Virus record (IMG/VR): IMGVR_UViG_3300042346_000589
Location: 1-56,072 of that record
Reading direction: 5' to 3' (one strand)
From: a virus
Taxonomy: Duplodnaviria > Caudoviricetes
Length of the DNA: 56,072 bases
Below, piece after piece: positions 20,201-30,375 of this stretch. The first letter of the stretch is position 1; each line of letters opens with the position of its first letter. The notes below the pieces were generated by a model. It saw only the letters and a list, made by a program, of their open reading frames with translations. It made no database searches and was not told the DNA's origin. The position numbers were made by a program, and so were the translations under genes.

Positions 20201-23200
20201 TAATGGATTAGACAGATTCAAAAATGGATTTTTGGTTGATTCTTTTGAGGGGCATGGTATTGGTAATACTGAATCAATTGATTATAAATGTGCAATAGAT
20301 GCATCAAATCATGTTTTGCGCCCAATGTATAATATTGAGAACGTTGATTTGGTTGAGTACAACCAAAGATTAACTAATAATTATACTGTGACTGGCGATA
20401 TAATTTCGTTGCCATATATTAATCAAGAATTTATTTCACAAAAATTTGCATCAAGAGTAGAAAATGTAAACCCATTTGCAGTGTTTACATTTATTGGTGT
20501 AATTGAAATGAAACCATCTTCTGACAATTGGTTTGAAACCACAGAATTGCCTGCAAATGTTATTTCCAAAGAAGGAAATTTTAAATCTATGTTGGCCACT
20601 GGTAGATTTGGCACATCATGGAACGCATGGAAAACAACTTGGGTTGGAACCCCAACTGTATCGGTGGTAACCGATAAAATAAAATTGCAGGAAAAGGGTG
20701 TTGGAAAAAAAGGATACAAAGCTTTTAACGAAAAATATGGTAAAGGTAAAATAAAATCAGACCATTTTGTTGCGGGAAAAACTGGTCAAAGAGAAGTTAC
20801 AACTACCACAACATCTACCCAAACTGGTCAATCAAGAACTGGGTTAAAAACATCATTAGTAGCAAAAATTGATACACAAGAAATTGATAACAAATTGATT
20901 TCTACATCGATTATACCATATATGCGCAGCAGAAATGTATTAGTTGTTTCAAGAGGATTAAAGCCTTCTACACAATTTCATGCATTTTTTGATAATATCC
21001 CTGTTGATTCATATATTACACCAGCATCAAAATTAACTGTAACTAATATTTCAGGATTTGGTAGCACATTTGATTACAAAACAAATGTCGCCAATGATTC
21101 GGCAGTTTCTGCCAGAATGTTTGGCGGAAATGTTGATACATCTTTGACAACTGGTGATGTAATAACTGGTCAAAGTTCTGGCGCAACCGCGATTGTAGCA
21201 TATTTTGAAACACCAAATGATATCAATACTTTGCACCTAGTCAATTTGAAAGGGACTTTCCAATTGGGTGAGATTGTTGTTGGATCAATCTCAAATTCTC
21301 GTGGAGTAATTACATCATCCACTGTTAACCAAATTGGCTCACCTATTGAGACAAATTTGAATGGTGATGTGGTTTTAGTATTCAATGTCCCAAATGATGA
21401 AAAACTAAAATTTAGAACTGGCAACCATGAGTTTAAATTAACCACAAGCGCAACAAATGGTTCAGATAGCACATCACAAGCTAGGGGAAGTTATTCTGCA
21501 ACAGGGATTTTGAACACGAACCAAAAAACAATTTTGGCCACAAGAAATGCTCAAATTGTACAAGAAGCTGTATCAGAATCAAAAGTTGTAAACAATACTA
21601 GTGTTTCAGTAAAAGATACCGGATGGTATGACCCATTGGCTCAATCATTTTATGTTAGACAAAATGGTGGAGCATTTTTAACCAAAATTGATGTATATTT
21701 TGCATCAAAAGATGCCTCCATTCCTGTGCAATTAGAATTGCGAGAAATGGTTAATGGATATCCTGGTAAAAAAGTTTTACCAAATAGCAGAGTATTGTTA
21801 TTGCCAGAAGATGTTAACATTTCTACAAATACTGTAACATTATCAGATGGTAGAATATATAATTCTCCAGAAATTTTAACAAGTTTTGAATTTGAATCTC
21901 CAATTTATGTTGCAGATAATACAGAATATTGTTTTGTATTGTTATCAGATAGCAACAATTATAATGTATGGATTTCACAACTTGGTGACAAAATGGTTGG
22001 TGGAGATAGATATATTTCTGAACAACCATATGCTGGAGTATTATTCAAATCGCAAAATGCATCAACTTGGACAGCGAATCAAGACCAAGATTTAACATTT
22101 GTGATACATAGAGCAAAATTTGATACCAATGTTGTTGGTAGTGTTAAATTTAACAATTTACCAAATACTGTAACAAATTTGACAGGAAATGTGTTTCAAA
22201 CTTTGTCAGGAAACACATTGATGAGAATTTGGCATCCTGCACATGGATTTAATACTGGTGAAAGTGTTACCATATCGGGTGCCACTGGCACACATAATGG
22301 GGTAACTGCTGCAAACATGACTGGAAACTTTGTGGTATCGAATATCGATACAAATAGCTATACCATAACTTTGCCAGCAAATGCAACAGCTAGTGGATTT
22401 TTTAGTGATTCTGGTGTGCATGTATCAAGAAACATTCGTTATGAGAAATTGAAACCAAATGTTCAATATTTGACATTCACTGATACAAATATTGATTTTA
22501 ATATAAAAACTACCTCTGTTGGGGCAGGTTTAGATGTAGCATATACAAAAATTTCTGGAGAAGATGAGACAGATTTTACTACACCAAAATATATTAAATC
22601 CGATTTTAATGAAAATGGTACAAAAAGTTTTGAGTTAGTTGCAACATTATCTAGTTCGAATGATTCTGTGTCACCAATAATTGACACCCATAGATTATCT
22701 ATGATGACAATTGGTAATATTATTGATGATGTAAAACCAACAAATTTTATTAAAACTATATTAGATAAAAGAAATTTGGTTCCAGGTGGAAGTTCTGTAT
22801 TTTCTGTGGATGCAGCAAATTCAAAATTGACTACATCTGATACCGCAACAAAAGCAAAATTTAAAACTGCTACAATTGGTAAATATGTGGTAGTATCTGG
22901 ATTTATATCTGGAAATGTTGCAAATAATGGCACATTTAAAATTGTTGATGTTGATTCTGTAGATGGAACATATATAAAAATTGATGCAACTGGTGTAACA
23001 TTGGTATCTGCAACATATGCAGCATCAATTGTTGACATTTATGATTATTATATTGATGAAATTTGTGGTCTTGGTGCAAGCTCTGCTGCAAAATATTTAA
23101 CCAAAACAGTTACATTTGAGAACTCATGCACAAATTTTAATATAATGTTTGCATATAATATGCCAAATTATACTGGGATTGATGTGTATTATAAATTGGT

Positions 23201-23417
23201 TCCAGATAGTAGTTCTGTAAATGTTGATATTATACCTTTTACATTATTGACACCAGAAAAAAGTTTGGTCCAATCAAATGATGGATTATTGTATGATGCT
23301 AAATATTCACAAGAAGTTGATGAATTTACCGCAATAATAGTTAAAATTGTCCTAAAATCAATTAATACAGCATATGTGCCAACTATTAGTGATTTTAGAT
23401 TAATAGCCTGCGCATAA
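17286..23417 (+). CDS. large virion structural protein, VrlC-like (DUF4815-type)
   Basis: PYFDDFD..KF.KILFRPG..VQARELTQ.Q.ILQNQI.RFG.HIF, APGAHRYKI, ARRTYDESGDY, RYTMRDIGKLEKRI..IEYYTSL, DPLAQSF, LFKSQNASTWT. Confidence 0.85.
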   Translation: MADFSVAPYFDDFDENAKFLKILFRPGYGVQARELTQAQTILQNQISRFGNHIFRDGTMVIPGNIGNDLVEYVKLNTTTSLGDLTTTIISQLDNTVVTGKTSGVKALVILSSLEEGSDPNTLYVKYLNSGTTSVFINGEDLISDAEFPITVTVAAASATGTGSIATIQNGIYYIKGNFVLVDKQIIILDKYASTPSYKIGLQISEEIVTPEVDQSLYDNAIGSPNQSAPGAHRYKIATTLIKLPIDSTSDADFIELLRLIDNVVQLKVTKTDYSELEKTFARRTYDESGDYLVNGFNIELKEHRNNDRGERTSSTAYLIGDIITVGGNTYVAKSNGTSATSAPSFGTTFALITDGTVTWQYAPKPAYNNGLNVSTGNEAKFVAAISPGKAYVKGFELEKFNTTYVDIDKSRTFNRSNSAVIGTTVGNYIKVENLFCIPDTLGTDFPIVSLYSLRVSTPGTANGSKIGEARVRWIEKDDVTNSYKVFLFDINMNAGKNFDRHVKSIYKANTAPMAHFTADILPDLYELSGSVSSNATSVTGTGTKFLTELVADDYVSISGQIARVSEAVSNNNTLTITGGPTVTNPVPIYLVYNTLYEPDNAKLIFPFPNEYLRMVRSEDDLSYADTVINKTKYFPRRQSTVGGTITIDVDSSSTDTFLPYTAQNYTVINDNGTIASGYTVSIPSPYTSATISGLTANTYYTILAGVRQKGLQEKTKTLVLATLDVTTLDAVSAQRIYLVPDVYKVLSIKQAPAFGTINVSNVASLDISNQFMLDDGQRDTHYDAGSVYLAANAPKPTGSIRIEYEYFDHSAGDYFTVDSYKNVIPYNEILPLLRDSIDFRPRIEDNRTGYIITDIGIPKRGYTAEADYSFYNAKWVNLELDMYGNFFAVDGIPSVDPQIPQNSKNSMHMAQMYVEPYTLFANEESIEVTPIDNKRYTMRDIGKLEKRISNIEYYTSLSLLEQETKSLSILDNNGLDRFKNGFLVDSFEGHGIGNTESIDYKCAIDASNHVLRPMYNIENVDLVEYNQRLTNNYTVTGDIISLPYINQEFISQKFASRVENVNPFAVFTFIGVIEMKPSSDNWFETTELPANVISKEGNFKSMLATGRFGTSWNAWKTTWVGTPTVSVVTDKIKLQEKGVGKKGYKAFNEKYGKGKIKSDHFVAGKTGQREVTTTTTSTQTGQSRTGLKTSLVAKIDTQEIDNKLISTSIIPYMRSRNVLVVSRGLKPSTQFHAFFDNIPVDSYITPASKLTVTNISGFGSTFDYKTNVANDSAVSARMFGGNVDTSLTTGDVITGQSSGATAIVAYFETPNDINTLHLVNLKGTFQLGEIVVGSISNSRGVITSSTVNQIGSPIETNLNGDVVLVFNVPNDEKLKFRTGNHEFKLTTSATNGSDSTSQARGSYSATGILNTNQKTILATRNAQIVQEAVSESKVVNNTSVSVKDTGWYDPLAQSFYVRQNGGAFLTKIDVYFASKDASIPVQLELREMVNGYPGKKVLPNSRVLLLPEDVNISTNTVTLSDGRIYNSPEILTSFEFESPIYVADNTEYCFVLLSDSNNYNVWISQLGDKMVGGDRYISEQPYAGVLFKSQNASTWTANQDQDLTFVIHRAKFDTNVVGSVKFNNLPNTVTNLTGNVFQTLSGNTLMRIWHPAHGFNTGESVTISGATGTHNGVTAANMTGNFVVSNIDTNSYTITLPANATASGFFSDSGVHVSRNIRYEKLKPNVQYLTFTDTNIDFNIKTTSVGAGLDVAYTKISGEDETDFTTPKYIKSDFNENGTKSFELVATLSSSNDSVSPIIDTHRLSMMTIGNIIDDVKPTNFIKTILDKRNLVPGGSSVFSVDAANSKLTTSDTATKAKFKTATIGKYVVVSGFISGNVANNGTFKIVDVDSVDGTYIKIDATGVTLVSATYAASIVDIYDYYIDEICGLGASSAAKYLTKTVTFENSCTNFNIMFAYNMPNYTGIDVYYKLVPDSSSVNVDIIPFTLLTPEKSLVQSNDGLLYDAKYSQEVDEFTAIIVKIVLKSINTAYVPTISDFRLIACA

Positions 23418-23429
23418 TAGAGGTGTAAT

Positions 23430-23645
23430 ATGTTAAAACAGGTTGTAGAGAACCCAAACTTGGTTAGAAATATTTCGAATAATGCTATAGTAAATATTGA
23501 CACAGATGGGTTCAATTCTTATATAAATACCAGAAAAAGAATTTCTTCGCAAACAAATAAAATATATGGGTTAGAAGAACAGGTGTCAATTCTATCTAGC
23601 GAGATTGGTAAAATTAAATCCCTTTTGGAAAAAATAAACAAATAA
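23430..23645 (+). CDS. small conserved hypothetical protein
   Basis: RBS GAGGTG; LVR.....AI.N.D motif followed by a coiled coil. Confidence 0.7.
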   Translation: MLKQVVENPNLVRNISNNAIVNIDTDGFNSYINTRKRISSQTNKIYGLEEQVSILSSEIGKIKSLLEKINK

Positions 23646-24523
23646 TGGCAAATTATACATATAGATCATCAAAGGGATCACCATTAACAAACACAGAAAT
23701 TGATGGTAATTTTCAGTTAACTGAAAAAACTTTAAACGTTAGTTTATCGTTGAATATCACCGGAACTTATACCTTAACTCAGGATGAAGCTGATTCAAAG
23801 ACATTAGTTGTATATACATCAACAAATCCTGGGTACATAATTTTACCAACTTTAAAAGTTGGTAAATTTGTAATACAAAACCGCACACTTAGCGCATTAG
23901 TATATGTGAAAAGTACCACCCAAACAGGAAATATTGCTATTTATCCAGGGTCAACATCAACTATTATTCATGATGGGTTTACATGCGTACAAGCTGATCC
24001 AATAGTTGGAGCATTTGCTGCTGGAACAAGGTTATTATTTTCGCAGACAACTGCGCCAGTTGGATGGGTACAAGATGCCACCATGGATGACAGAATGTTA
24101 CGTGTTGTTGGAAATACTGGTGGCGGAAATACTGGTGGTACAGATTCCCCAACAGTTATGAATGTAGTGCCTAGTCATACCCATACATTCAATGGTAGTG
24201 CCATGGCATCACATACTCACATATTTACTGGGGCTACTCTTCCTGGACACACACATACCGATTCCGGGCATACACACGCATATTCGTCAGTTTCACCACA
24301 AAGCTCTATGACTGGGTTTGAATCAAATATTGAAAACATTGCTGGTTCTTCGCTGCAAACTGGTGTGGGTGTGGCACAACTATCATCCAATTCTGCAGGC
24401 ACACCATCTGGTACAAATTCTAGTGTATCCGCTGGCACCCCAACTGGGTCGATATCGACCAATAGTGGCGCAGCAAATTGGTCACCAAAATATTTAAACG
24501 TTATAGTATGCATAAAACAATAA
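23645..24523 (+). CDS. short tail fibre / collar-domain protein
   Basis: R..KGSPLTN.EID.NF N-terminus; F.QT.AP.GW collar motif; HTH (His-x-His) repeats; P.YLNVIVC.K end. Confidence 0.75.
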   Translation: MANYTYRSSKGSPLTNTEIDGNFQLTEKTLNVSLSLNITGTYTLTQDEADSKTLVVYTSTNPGYIILPTLKVGKFVIQNRTLSALVYVKSTTQTGNIAIYPGSTSTIIHDGFTCVQADPIVGAFAAGTRLLFSQTTAPVGWVQDATMDDRMLRVVGNTGGGNTGGTDSPTVMNVVPSHTHTFNGSAMASHTHIFTGATLPGHTHTDSGHTHAYSSVSPQSSMTGFESNIENIAGSSLQTGVGVAQLSSNSAGTPSGTNSSVSAGTPTGSISTNSGAANWSPKYLNVIVCIKQ

Positions 24524-24526
24524 AAT

Positions 24527-24850
24527 ATGAATAAAATTGAAACAGTATTAACATGTCCATTGGGCAGCAAATGTGAAGAAGCCAAGGATGGTAAAATATA
24601 TCGTTGCGCATGGTTCACCACATTGCGGGGAGAAAACCCCCAAACTGGTGAAGAAATGGATGAAAAAGGTTGTGCTATTGCATGGATGCCATTAATGCAA
24701 GTAGAGGTTGCAAAAACCAATAGATCAACATCTAGTTCAATTGATTCCTTAAGAAATGAAACTATTATTAGACAAGATCAATTGTTATCAATTGCTGCTA
24801 CTCCTGTTATAACTCCAGCAAAAAACATATTATTGGAACAAGAATGTTAA
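24527..24850 (+). CDS. Cys-rich hypothetical protein next to the fibre gene
   Basis: CPL..KC...CAWF..LRG.NPQTGE..DE.GCAIAWMP. Confidence 0.7.
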   Translation: MNKIETVLTCPLGSKCEEAKDGKIYRCAWFTTLRGENPQTGEEMDEKGCAIAWMPLMQVEVAKTNRSTSSSIDSLRNETIIRQDQLLSIAATPVITPAKNILLEQEC

Positions 24851-25101
24851 AAGATATCATTATAGATAAATTAGTTACAAATAGATATAAAAATATGCCA
24901 CCATTACAAGTGGCAGAATATTTTGAAAAACTTGATCCACAAGACAAATCTGATGCAACTGCTGCACTGTTGACTAATGATAACACTGTAGCAAAAATAA
25001 AAATTATGAATTTCATGAAAACAGAATTGGACCCTATTATATCAGATTATCTAATTAATGGTACATTGCCTGTACCACTTGTAGAAGAATTGATATCATG
25101 A
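24844..25101 (+). CDS. hypothetical protein
   Basis: Overlaps both neighbours in the late operon. Confidence 0.55.
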   Translation: MLKDIIIDKLVTNRYKNMPPLQVAEYFEKLDPQDKSDATAALLTNDNTVAKIKIMNFMKTELDPIISDYLINGTLPVPLVEELIS

Positions 25102-25448
25102 TTGTTTCAAAATACACAAATATTTTTGCTAAAATTGGTTCAAATTTTAGTGAAACATTCTATGTAAAAGATTTGGATAATAATCCAATTGATTTGATAT
25201 TGTATACTATTGAAGCATCCTTTTCAAATTCAATTTTGCCCCAAACTAGTGTAAATGCTTCAACAGTATCAACAACAACGTTGACTAGTAATATAACAAA
25301 TGCTGGGCAAGGTATTGTTGCAATTTCTGCTACATCCACCCAAACAACAGCATTCAAATATGGTAGATATTTTTACCAAGTAAATTTGATTGACTCATCT
25401 TTGAACAAATATAGAGCCTTTGAAGGAATTCTAACAGTTGATCCATAA
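25098..25448 (+). CDS. small Ig-like virion adaptor protein
   Basis: G..F...F...D....IDL..Y, G......T..QT....GRY.Y.V, R..EG..TV.P. Confidence 0.6.
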   Translation: MIVSKYTNIFAKIGSNFSETFYVKDLDNNPIDLILYTIEASFSNSILPQTSVNASTVSTTTLTSNITNAGQGIVAISATSTQTTAFKYGRYFYQVNLIDSSLNKYRAFEGILTVDP

Positions 25449-25501
25449 CTTGTGCCCATATTTAATAAATAGTTAGATAAAAATCTACCTTGGTATTAAA
25501 T

Positions 25502-26458
25502 ATGGCACGAATTAGCACCAGAGAACAGTTTGCAGAGCTTTGTTTACAAAAGTTGGGCAAACCCCTTATCCCAATTCAGGTAAGCCCTGAGCAGCTTGAA
25601 ATTTGTGTAGATGACGCATTAAAATTTTACACAGACTATCATGATGATGCAACTATTCGAACATTCATTCGCCGCCAAGTTGGTGCAAATCTTGTCACCA
25701 TAACAACTCCTGTTGCCAAAACTTTTCAAATTGGTGAAAAAATTATTGGTGCAACTTCAAACATAGAATTTACCATTTTTGATATACCTTCTACAACATC
25801 TATTTGTGCAGAAGAATATGTACAGGATTTAACCATTGGGGAAACCATTACTGGCCAGAATTCTGGCATAACTGCAGTTGTTGCAGCTAGTGCTGCACAG
25901 AATGATATAAACAATGGATACATCACTATTCCAGATCAAATAATTTCTTTGAATAGAATATTGAGCTTCTCTGGCAAAACAACCAATTTATCAATGTTTG
26001 ATATCAGATATCAACTTAGGTTGAATGATTTATATTCAATGGCTGATAGCACATTGGTATATTATACCCAAGTTAAACAACAATTAGAATTAATGGATCA
26101 ACTTCTTATTGGAAACAAAGGAATTAGATTCAATAGAATGATGAATAGATGTTATATTGACATGAATTGGCATACAGATGTCGAAAATGGTGACTGGTTG
26201 GTTTTTGAAGGATATGCAACAGTTAATCCAGATATGTTTCCAGATGCTTATAACGACAAAGTTTTTCAGGACATATGCACAAATTATATTAAACGCCAAT
26301 GGGGTCAAAACTTATCCCTATATGGAGAGATTTCTCTCCCAGGTGGGATAAAATTAAATTCTGACAAAATATTGATGGATGCGGAACAAAAGATTTTCGT
26401 TTACGAAAAAGAATTTCAAGACAAATATAGCGCACCACCAATTTTCATAATGGGATAA
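25502..26458 (+). CDS. gp13: neck protein gp13
   Basis: ATG at 25502 (MARISTRE); L.KLG.P.I.I.V..EQ....VDDAL, DYH.DA, MFDIRYQLRLND, IKRQWGQNL......LPGG..LN. Confidence 0.9.
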   Translation: MARISTREQFAELCLQKLGKPLIPIQVSPEQLEICVDDALKFYTDYHDDATIRTFIRRQVGANLVTITTPVAKTFQIGEKIIGATSNIEFTIFDIPSTTSICAEEYVQDLTIGETITGQNSGITAVVAASAAQNDINNGYITIPDQIISLNRILSFSGKTTNLSMFDIRYQLRLNDLYSMADSTLVYYTQVKQQLELMDQLLIGNKGIRFNRMMNRCYIDMNWHTDVENGDWLVFEGYATVNPDMFPDAYNDKVFQDICTNYIKRQWGQNLSLYGEISLPGGIKLNSDKILMDAEQKIFVYEKEFQDKYSAPPIFIMG

Positions 26459-26461
26459 CAT

Positions 26462-27193
26462 ATGGCAACTAATATGTATTTCCAAGGTGGACAAGGATAT
26501 GGCAATATCTATGAACAAGAATTAATAAGAGATTTAGTAGATTCTGCCATACAAGTAAAAGGTATTGATGTAATATATGTACCAAGAACATTGGTCAATG
26601 TTGATGAAATATTGGGCGAAGATAGTGCATCGGTATACAAACATGGAATAACCATTGAAATGTATTTTGAAAGTATTGATAAATTTTCTGGTAGAGGGGA
26701 TTTTATCAATCAGTTTGGGTTGAATATTGCAGATACATGTTTGTTACTTGTGTCAAAAAGAAGATGGCAACAAGAGATTGGCAAACTTGGTATAACAATG
26801 ACTAGTAGACCAAGTGAAGGAGATTTAATATATTTGCCTTTTAAGAATTCTACCTTATTGGAAATAAAGTATGTAGATGATAGGTACAATTTTTATAGCT
26901 TGAATGATTACTATGTATATTCTCTTACATGCGAAGCATTCCAATATGCACATGAATCTATTACAACAGGTATAAAGGTTGTTGATACTCCAATTGCAGC
27001 ATCATTGAATACAAAAGATTATGAAATATTGGATGAAAATGGTGGCGCAATTCTGACTGAAAATGGCGGATCGTTAATAAATGATGCATTCAATATTGAT
27101 ACATTGGATTTGAATGCAAATAATAACCAATTGGGGCAGGAATCTGCCACAGTTATGGATACCACGGAAACCAATGCTTTTGGATTTGAATAA
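26462..27193 (+). CDS. gp14: neck protein gp14
   Basis: EQ.L...LV...IQ..G.DV.YVPR, GED, IEMY, FG....D, RP.EGDLIY.P, Y.L.CE.F.Y..E. Confidence 0.92.
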   Translation: MATNMYFQGGQGYGNIYEQELIRDLVDSAIQVKGIDVIYVPRTLVNVDEILGEDSASVYKHGITIEMYFESIDKFSGRGDFINQFGLNIADTCLLLVSKRRWQQEIGKLGITMTSRPSEGDLIYLPFKNSTLLEIKYVDDRYNFYSLNDYYVYSLTCEAFQYAHESITTGIKVVDTPIAASLNTKDYEILDENGGAILTENGGSLINDAFNIDTLDLNANNNQLGQESATVMDTTETNAFGFE

Positions 27194-27954
27194 TGTTTGA
27201 TACATATTTTTATAATAGCTCTATTAGATCATTGATTGTATCATTTGGTCAGTTATTTTCTGACATAAAAATTGTTAGATTGGATAATACAAACAAAGAG
27301 GTTGCAAATATTCAAGTTCCCTTGAGCTATGGCAACAAAGACAAATGGTACACTAGGACAACACAAGACCCAAATTTGGAACGAAATGTTATGAATGTGT
27401 TACCAAGAATGGCTTTTTCCATTGTTGGTATGAATTATGATCCAGATAGAAAATTAAATATAAACCATAAATTAAGATTTGTTGGAAATGAATCAAACAG
27501 AGTAAATACTATTCCAACTCCTGTGCCCTATAATTTTACATTTGAATTGTATATATTGGGTAAAACGAATAATGATGTATTACAAATAGTGGAGCAAATT
27601 TTGCCGTATTTCGGCCCATTATATAACATCACAATTAAACCGTTACCAGAAACAAATGTGGTACAAGATGTGCCAGTTGAACTGACCAATGTTGGAATGG
27701 ACGACAATTATATGGCACCATGGTCAGAAGATAGACATATAATGTATACATTATCATTTGTTGCAAAATCTGTTGTATATGGTGGTATTGGTGCAAGTTC
27801 TATTATTAAAAATGTTACTGCTAATGTTGATGTTAATGGTGACATGAATAAATACAATGCATATATAACTCCATTTAGTGCGAATATTGATGATGAGTAC
27901 AACATTATTGAACTATGGTATGCACAACACAACATAGACCAATTATTTAAATGA
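27193..27954 (+). CDS. gp15: tail sheath stabilizer / terminator gp15
   Basis: YFYN.SIR.....FG.LF..I, VPL.YG.K.K, LPRMAF, YD..RK, PVPYN, QIVEQILPYF.P. Confidence 0.92.
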   Translation: MFDTYFYNSSIRSLIVSFGQLFSDIKIVRLDNTNKEVANIQVPLSYGNKDKWYTRTTQDPNLERNVMNVLPRMAFSIVGMNYDPDRKLNINHKLRFVGNESNRVNTIPTPVPYNFTFELYILGKTNNDVLQIVEQILPYFGPLYNITIKPLPETNVVQDVPVELTNVGMDDNYMAPWSEDRHIMYTLSFVAKSVVYGGIGASSIIKNVTANVDVNGDMNKYNAYITPFSANIDDEYNIIELWYAQHNIDQLFK

Positions 27955-28313
27955 ATGTAACTTATACACAAACAACTGGCACATATAGAATATATACAGG
28001 GGAATCTAATTATATAAATAGGGATGAATATGATGGAATTGCATCCATTATGTGGCTATCTCCAACAGAAGTATATTTGTATGGAGCATTAACCCATACT
28101 TCACATGGATTTAGCTTCTTGATATATATTTTAAATGATCTAATAAATCGTGATGTTATTTTTGTTAGGTTATCTAGGGCATCCAAAAGAAAAATGCCAT
28201 TTGGAAAAATGATTGCTGATCATGGGTCAGAAAAGGAATGGGAAATTGATCTTTCCGATAGTGAAACAATAAAAAAGGTGAATAAATTTTATGCAAAATT
28301 ACAAATGTCTTGA
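27951..28313 (+). CDS. hypothetical protein
   Basis: 120-aa ORF overlapping the gp15 stop. Confidence 0.55.
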   Translation: MNVTYTQTTGTYRIYTGESNYINRDEYDGIASIMWLSPTEVYLYGALTHTSHGFSFLIYILNDLINRDVIFVRLSRASKRKMPFGKMIADHGSEKEWEIDLSDSETIKKVNKFYAKLQMS

Positions 28314-28437
28314 ATGTTATAATGAATACACAATTTCATTTCCAGAATGGGTAGAAGATGCGATAGAAGATGTGGCATTTTGTCCATTTTGTGGCGAAGC
28401 ATATATCATAAAAACTTCTGAAACAGAATATGAATAA
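28291..28437 (+). CDS. small zinc-ribbon protein (48 aa, absent from the ORF track)
   Basis: Manual translation MQNYKCLECYNEYTISFPEWVEDAIEDVAFCPFCGEAYIIKTSETEYE; RBS AAGGTG; CxxC...CPFCG. Confidence 0.7.
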   Translation: MQNYKCLECYNEYTISFPEWVEDAIEDVAFCPFCGEAYIIKTSETEYE

Positions 28438-28846
28438 TGATTATGGAAATCCTTGGATTTTTAATGACACTATTTTCTATTCTAGCAGCATTTGTGATTA
28501 TAGTTCCTTTGTCTACATTATTACTAATATTCTTACTAATAGAAAATATATTGGAAAAAAATGTTTCCACTCAATCAGAAAAGTGAAAGGAAAAAGAAAA
28601 AAATGTTTCAGTGATTGGGAAAAATATTATGGATCAAATGATACATTAAAACAAGATGTAAAAGAATTTGGTGCAGACAATTTCAAAAGAGAAATTATAT
28701 ATCTTTGTTCAAATAAAGCTGAAGCAAGTTATCTGGAAGCAAAACTACAATTTGAAAATGATGTTCTACTTTCAGATAACTGGTATAATGGTTGGATAAT
28801 GTGTCGTGTAACAAAAACACATTTGAAATCACTTGTCAAGGATTGA
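28430..28846 (+). CDS. denA: GIY-YIG endonuclease II-like (host DNA degradation)
   Basis: FVYIITN...RKYIGKK, SDW..YYGS, F.REI, YLEAK.QF...VL....YNG. Confidence 0.75.
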   Translation: MNNDYGNPWIFNDTIFYSSSICDYSSFVYIITNILTNRKYIGKKCFHSIRKVKGKRKKCFSDWEKYYGSNDTLKQDVKEFGADNFKREIIYLCSNKAEASYLEAKLQFENDVLLSDNWYNGWIMCRVTKTHLKSLVKD

Positions 28847-29279
28847 TAAAATAAACTTTTATTCCACAATCTGCAAACAATTCATTTGTTATTTCAATAG
28901 ATTTTAACCAAGATGTGTCACCAGCTTGTGACAATAATGGTGAAACTACTCTAACAATTCCTGCATTAATGATTGATACAGCACATCTATGGCATGGATA
29001 AAATGTTGAATACAAAGTAGAACCAACTGTGTTACCATTGGTTCTACCAGCATTAATAATACAATTCATTTCTGCATGCACTACATAATCATATTTCTTT
29101 GGACTTTCCCAATATTCTGGATTTTCATCTTTTGAAAATCTTCTTGGTAACCCATTAAACCCAGTTGATACAATAATATCATCTTTAACAATTATTGCCC
29201 CAACTTGTCTACTTGGGTCTTTTGATGCAGTTGCAACAGATTGGGCAATACCCATATAATACAAATCACGATTTCTCAA
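28836..29279 (-). CDS. cd: dCMP deaminase
   Basis: SKDPS.QVGA, TGFNG.P, HAEMN, PC..C zinc motif. Confidence 0.92.
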   Translation of the reverse strand: MRNRDLYYMGIAQSVATASKDPSRQVGAIIVKDDIIVSTGFNGLPRRFSKDENPEYWESPKKYDYVVHAEMNCIINAGRTNGNTVGSTLYSTFYPCHRCAVSIINAGIVRVVSPLLSQAGDTSWLKSIEITNELFADCGIKVYFINP

Positions 29280-29298
29280 AATAATTTTCTCAAAAAAT

Positions 29299-30096
29299 TT
29301 AAGACTTTTTTCCAGTGGTTACCCTTGGTTTTTTTACAACTTTGGTAACAGTAGTAGAATCCTTTTTTGGTCTACCTGGAGATTTTTTTGTCGGTTCCGA
29401 CACAGATTTTTTATCAATGACTTCCACAATTTCATCTAGCACAACTTCAACAATTGCTTCAACAACGGTTGGGTCTGGGACAATTGCTTCAACATCAATG
29501 GATTTATATATTTCACCACTGAAGAAATTTTTAGCAGAAAAAATTCGTTTGTTAGATAAAAATGATTGCAAATTATCTGGTTTCATAAATTCAGCATATG
29601 CTTTATCATGTCCTTCACCAGTAACTTCTAATGCAATCCATTCACCACGTTGAAATATTCCATCCATATAAAAAATTTCTGGGAGCATTTGCATCATTTT
29701 TAATTTTTCAATGCCAGGATATCTTTTGTCGAATTTGCCATCTTTTACAGCAGTAATCAAATCTGTTTCTGTATAATGAAGTGCTTCCAACATTTCAATA
29801 AATCTTGTTTCTCTTTTAACATTGTTTTGAAGAGGACTTGGTTTAAAATAAATGTATAATGTTTTCAATTCCATTGACAGGGTTGTGTATGCCAAATCTG
29901 GTGGGACAGTTTCATCCCTTTTATGTGGTGGCATACCAGGGGGCAAATCCCATTCAATAGTTGGATTGTACACAATACTCAAGAACTTTTTTAGATAGGA
30001 GTTTGATGCAATTTTACTGATTGCAGCATCTTTTTCAAATGGTGGTGCAATAGAAACATCATGCAATAATTCATGCATATTTTTTGTATAACTCAT
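29299..30096 (-). CDS. conserved T4-like hypothetical protein with basic C-terminal tail
   Basis: W.LP.G.PP, L..E...LY.Y, KRE..FI.MLE.LH..E..L....KD; ends in a KKSPGRPKK-rich tail. Confidence 0.65.
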   Translation of the reverse strand: MSYTKNMHELLHDVSIAPPFEKDAAISKIASNSYLKKFLSIVYNPTIEWDLPPGMPPHKRDETVPPDLAYTTLSMELKTLYIYFKPSPLQNNVKRETRFIEMLEALHYTETDLITAVKDGKFDKRYPGIEKLKMMQMLPEIFYMDGIFQRGEWIALEVTGEGHDKAYAEFMKPDNLQSFLSNKRIFSAKNFFSGEIYKSIDVEAIVPDPTVVEAIVEVVLDEIVEVIDKKSVSEPTKKSPGRPKKDSTTVTKVVKKPRVTTGKKS

Positions 30097-30374
30097 ATTT
30101 TTTTACTCTTTCCTTCCCAATTAAAATTTCTAGGTGACTGTAATGCTAAACATCCGCATGATGTATTTTTTCTAAGATTTTTGTTGTCCATTGTTTTAGT
30201 TGTACCACATTTATGACAATAAATGACACATCTTTCAAATACTATATCTCTAAAAAATGCTTCTGGTTTTGGTGGATAGTCATATATATTTCCATCATGG
30301 TGAACAAACCCAACAACTTCCATATCATTATATATATCTCCAAGATTATTTCTATTTTTCTGAGTCCACACCAC
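30093..30374 (-). CDS. hypothetical Cys-containing protein (start uncertain)
   Basis: CHKCG...SCGC; the 5' extension in the track overlaps rnh and is probably not translated. Confidence 0.45.
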   Translation of the reverse strand: MVWTQKNRNNLGDIYNDMEVVGFVHHDGNIYDYPPKPEAFFRDIVFERCVIYCHKCGTTKTMDNKNLRKNTSCGCLALQSPRNFNWEGKSKKI

Positions 30375-30375
30375 A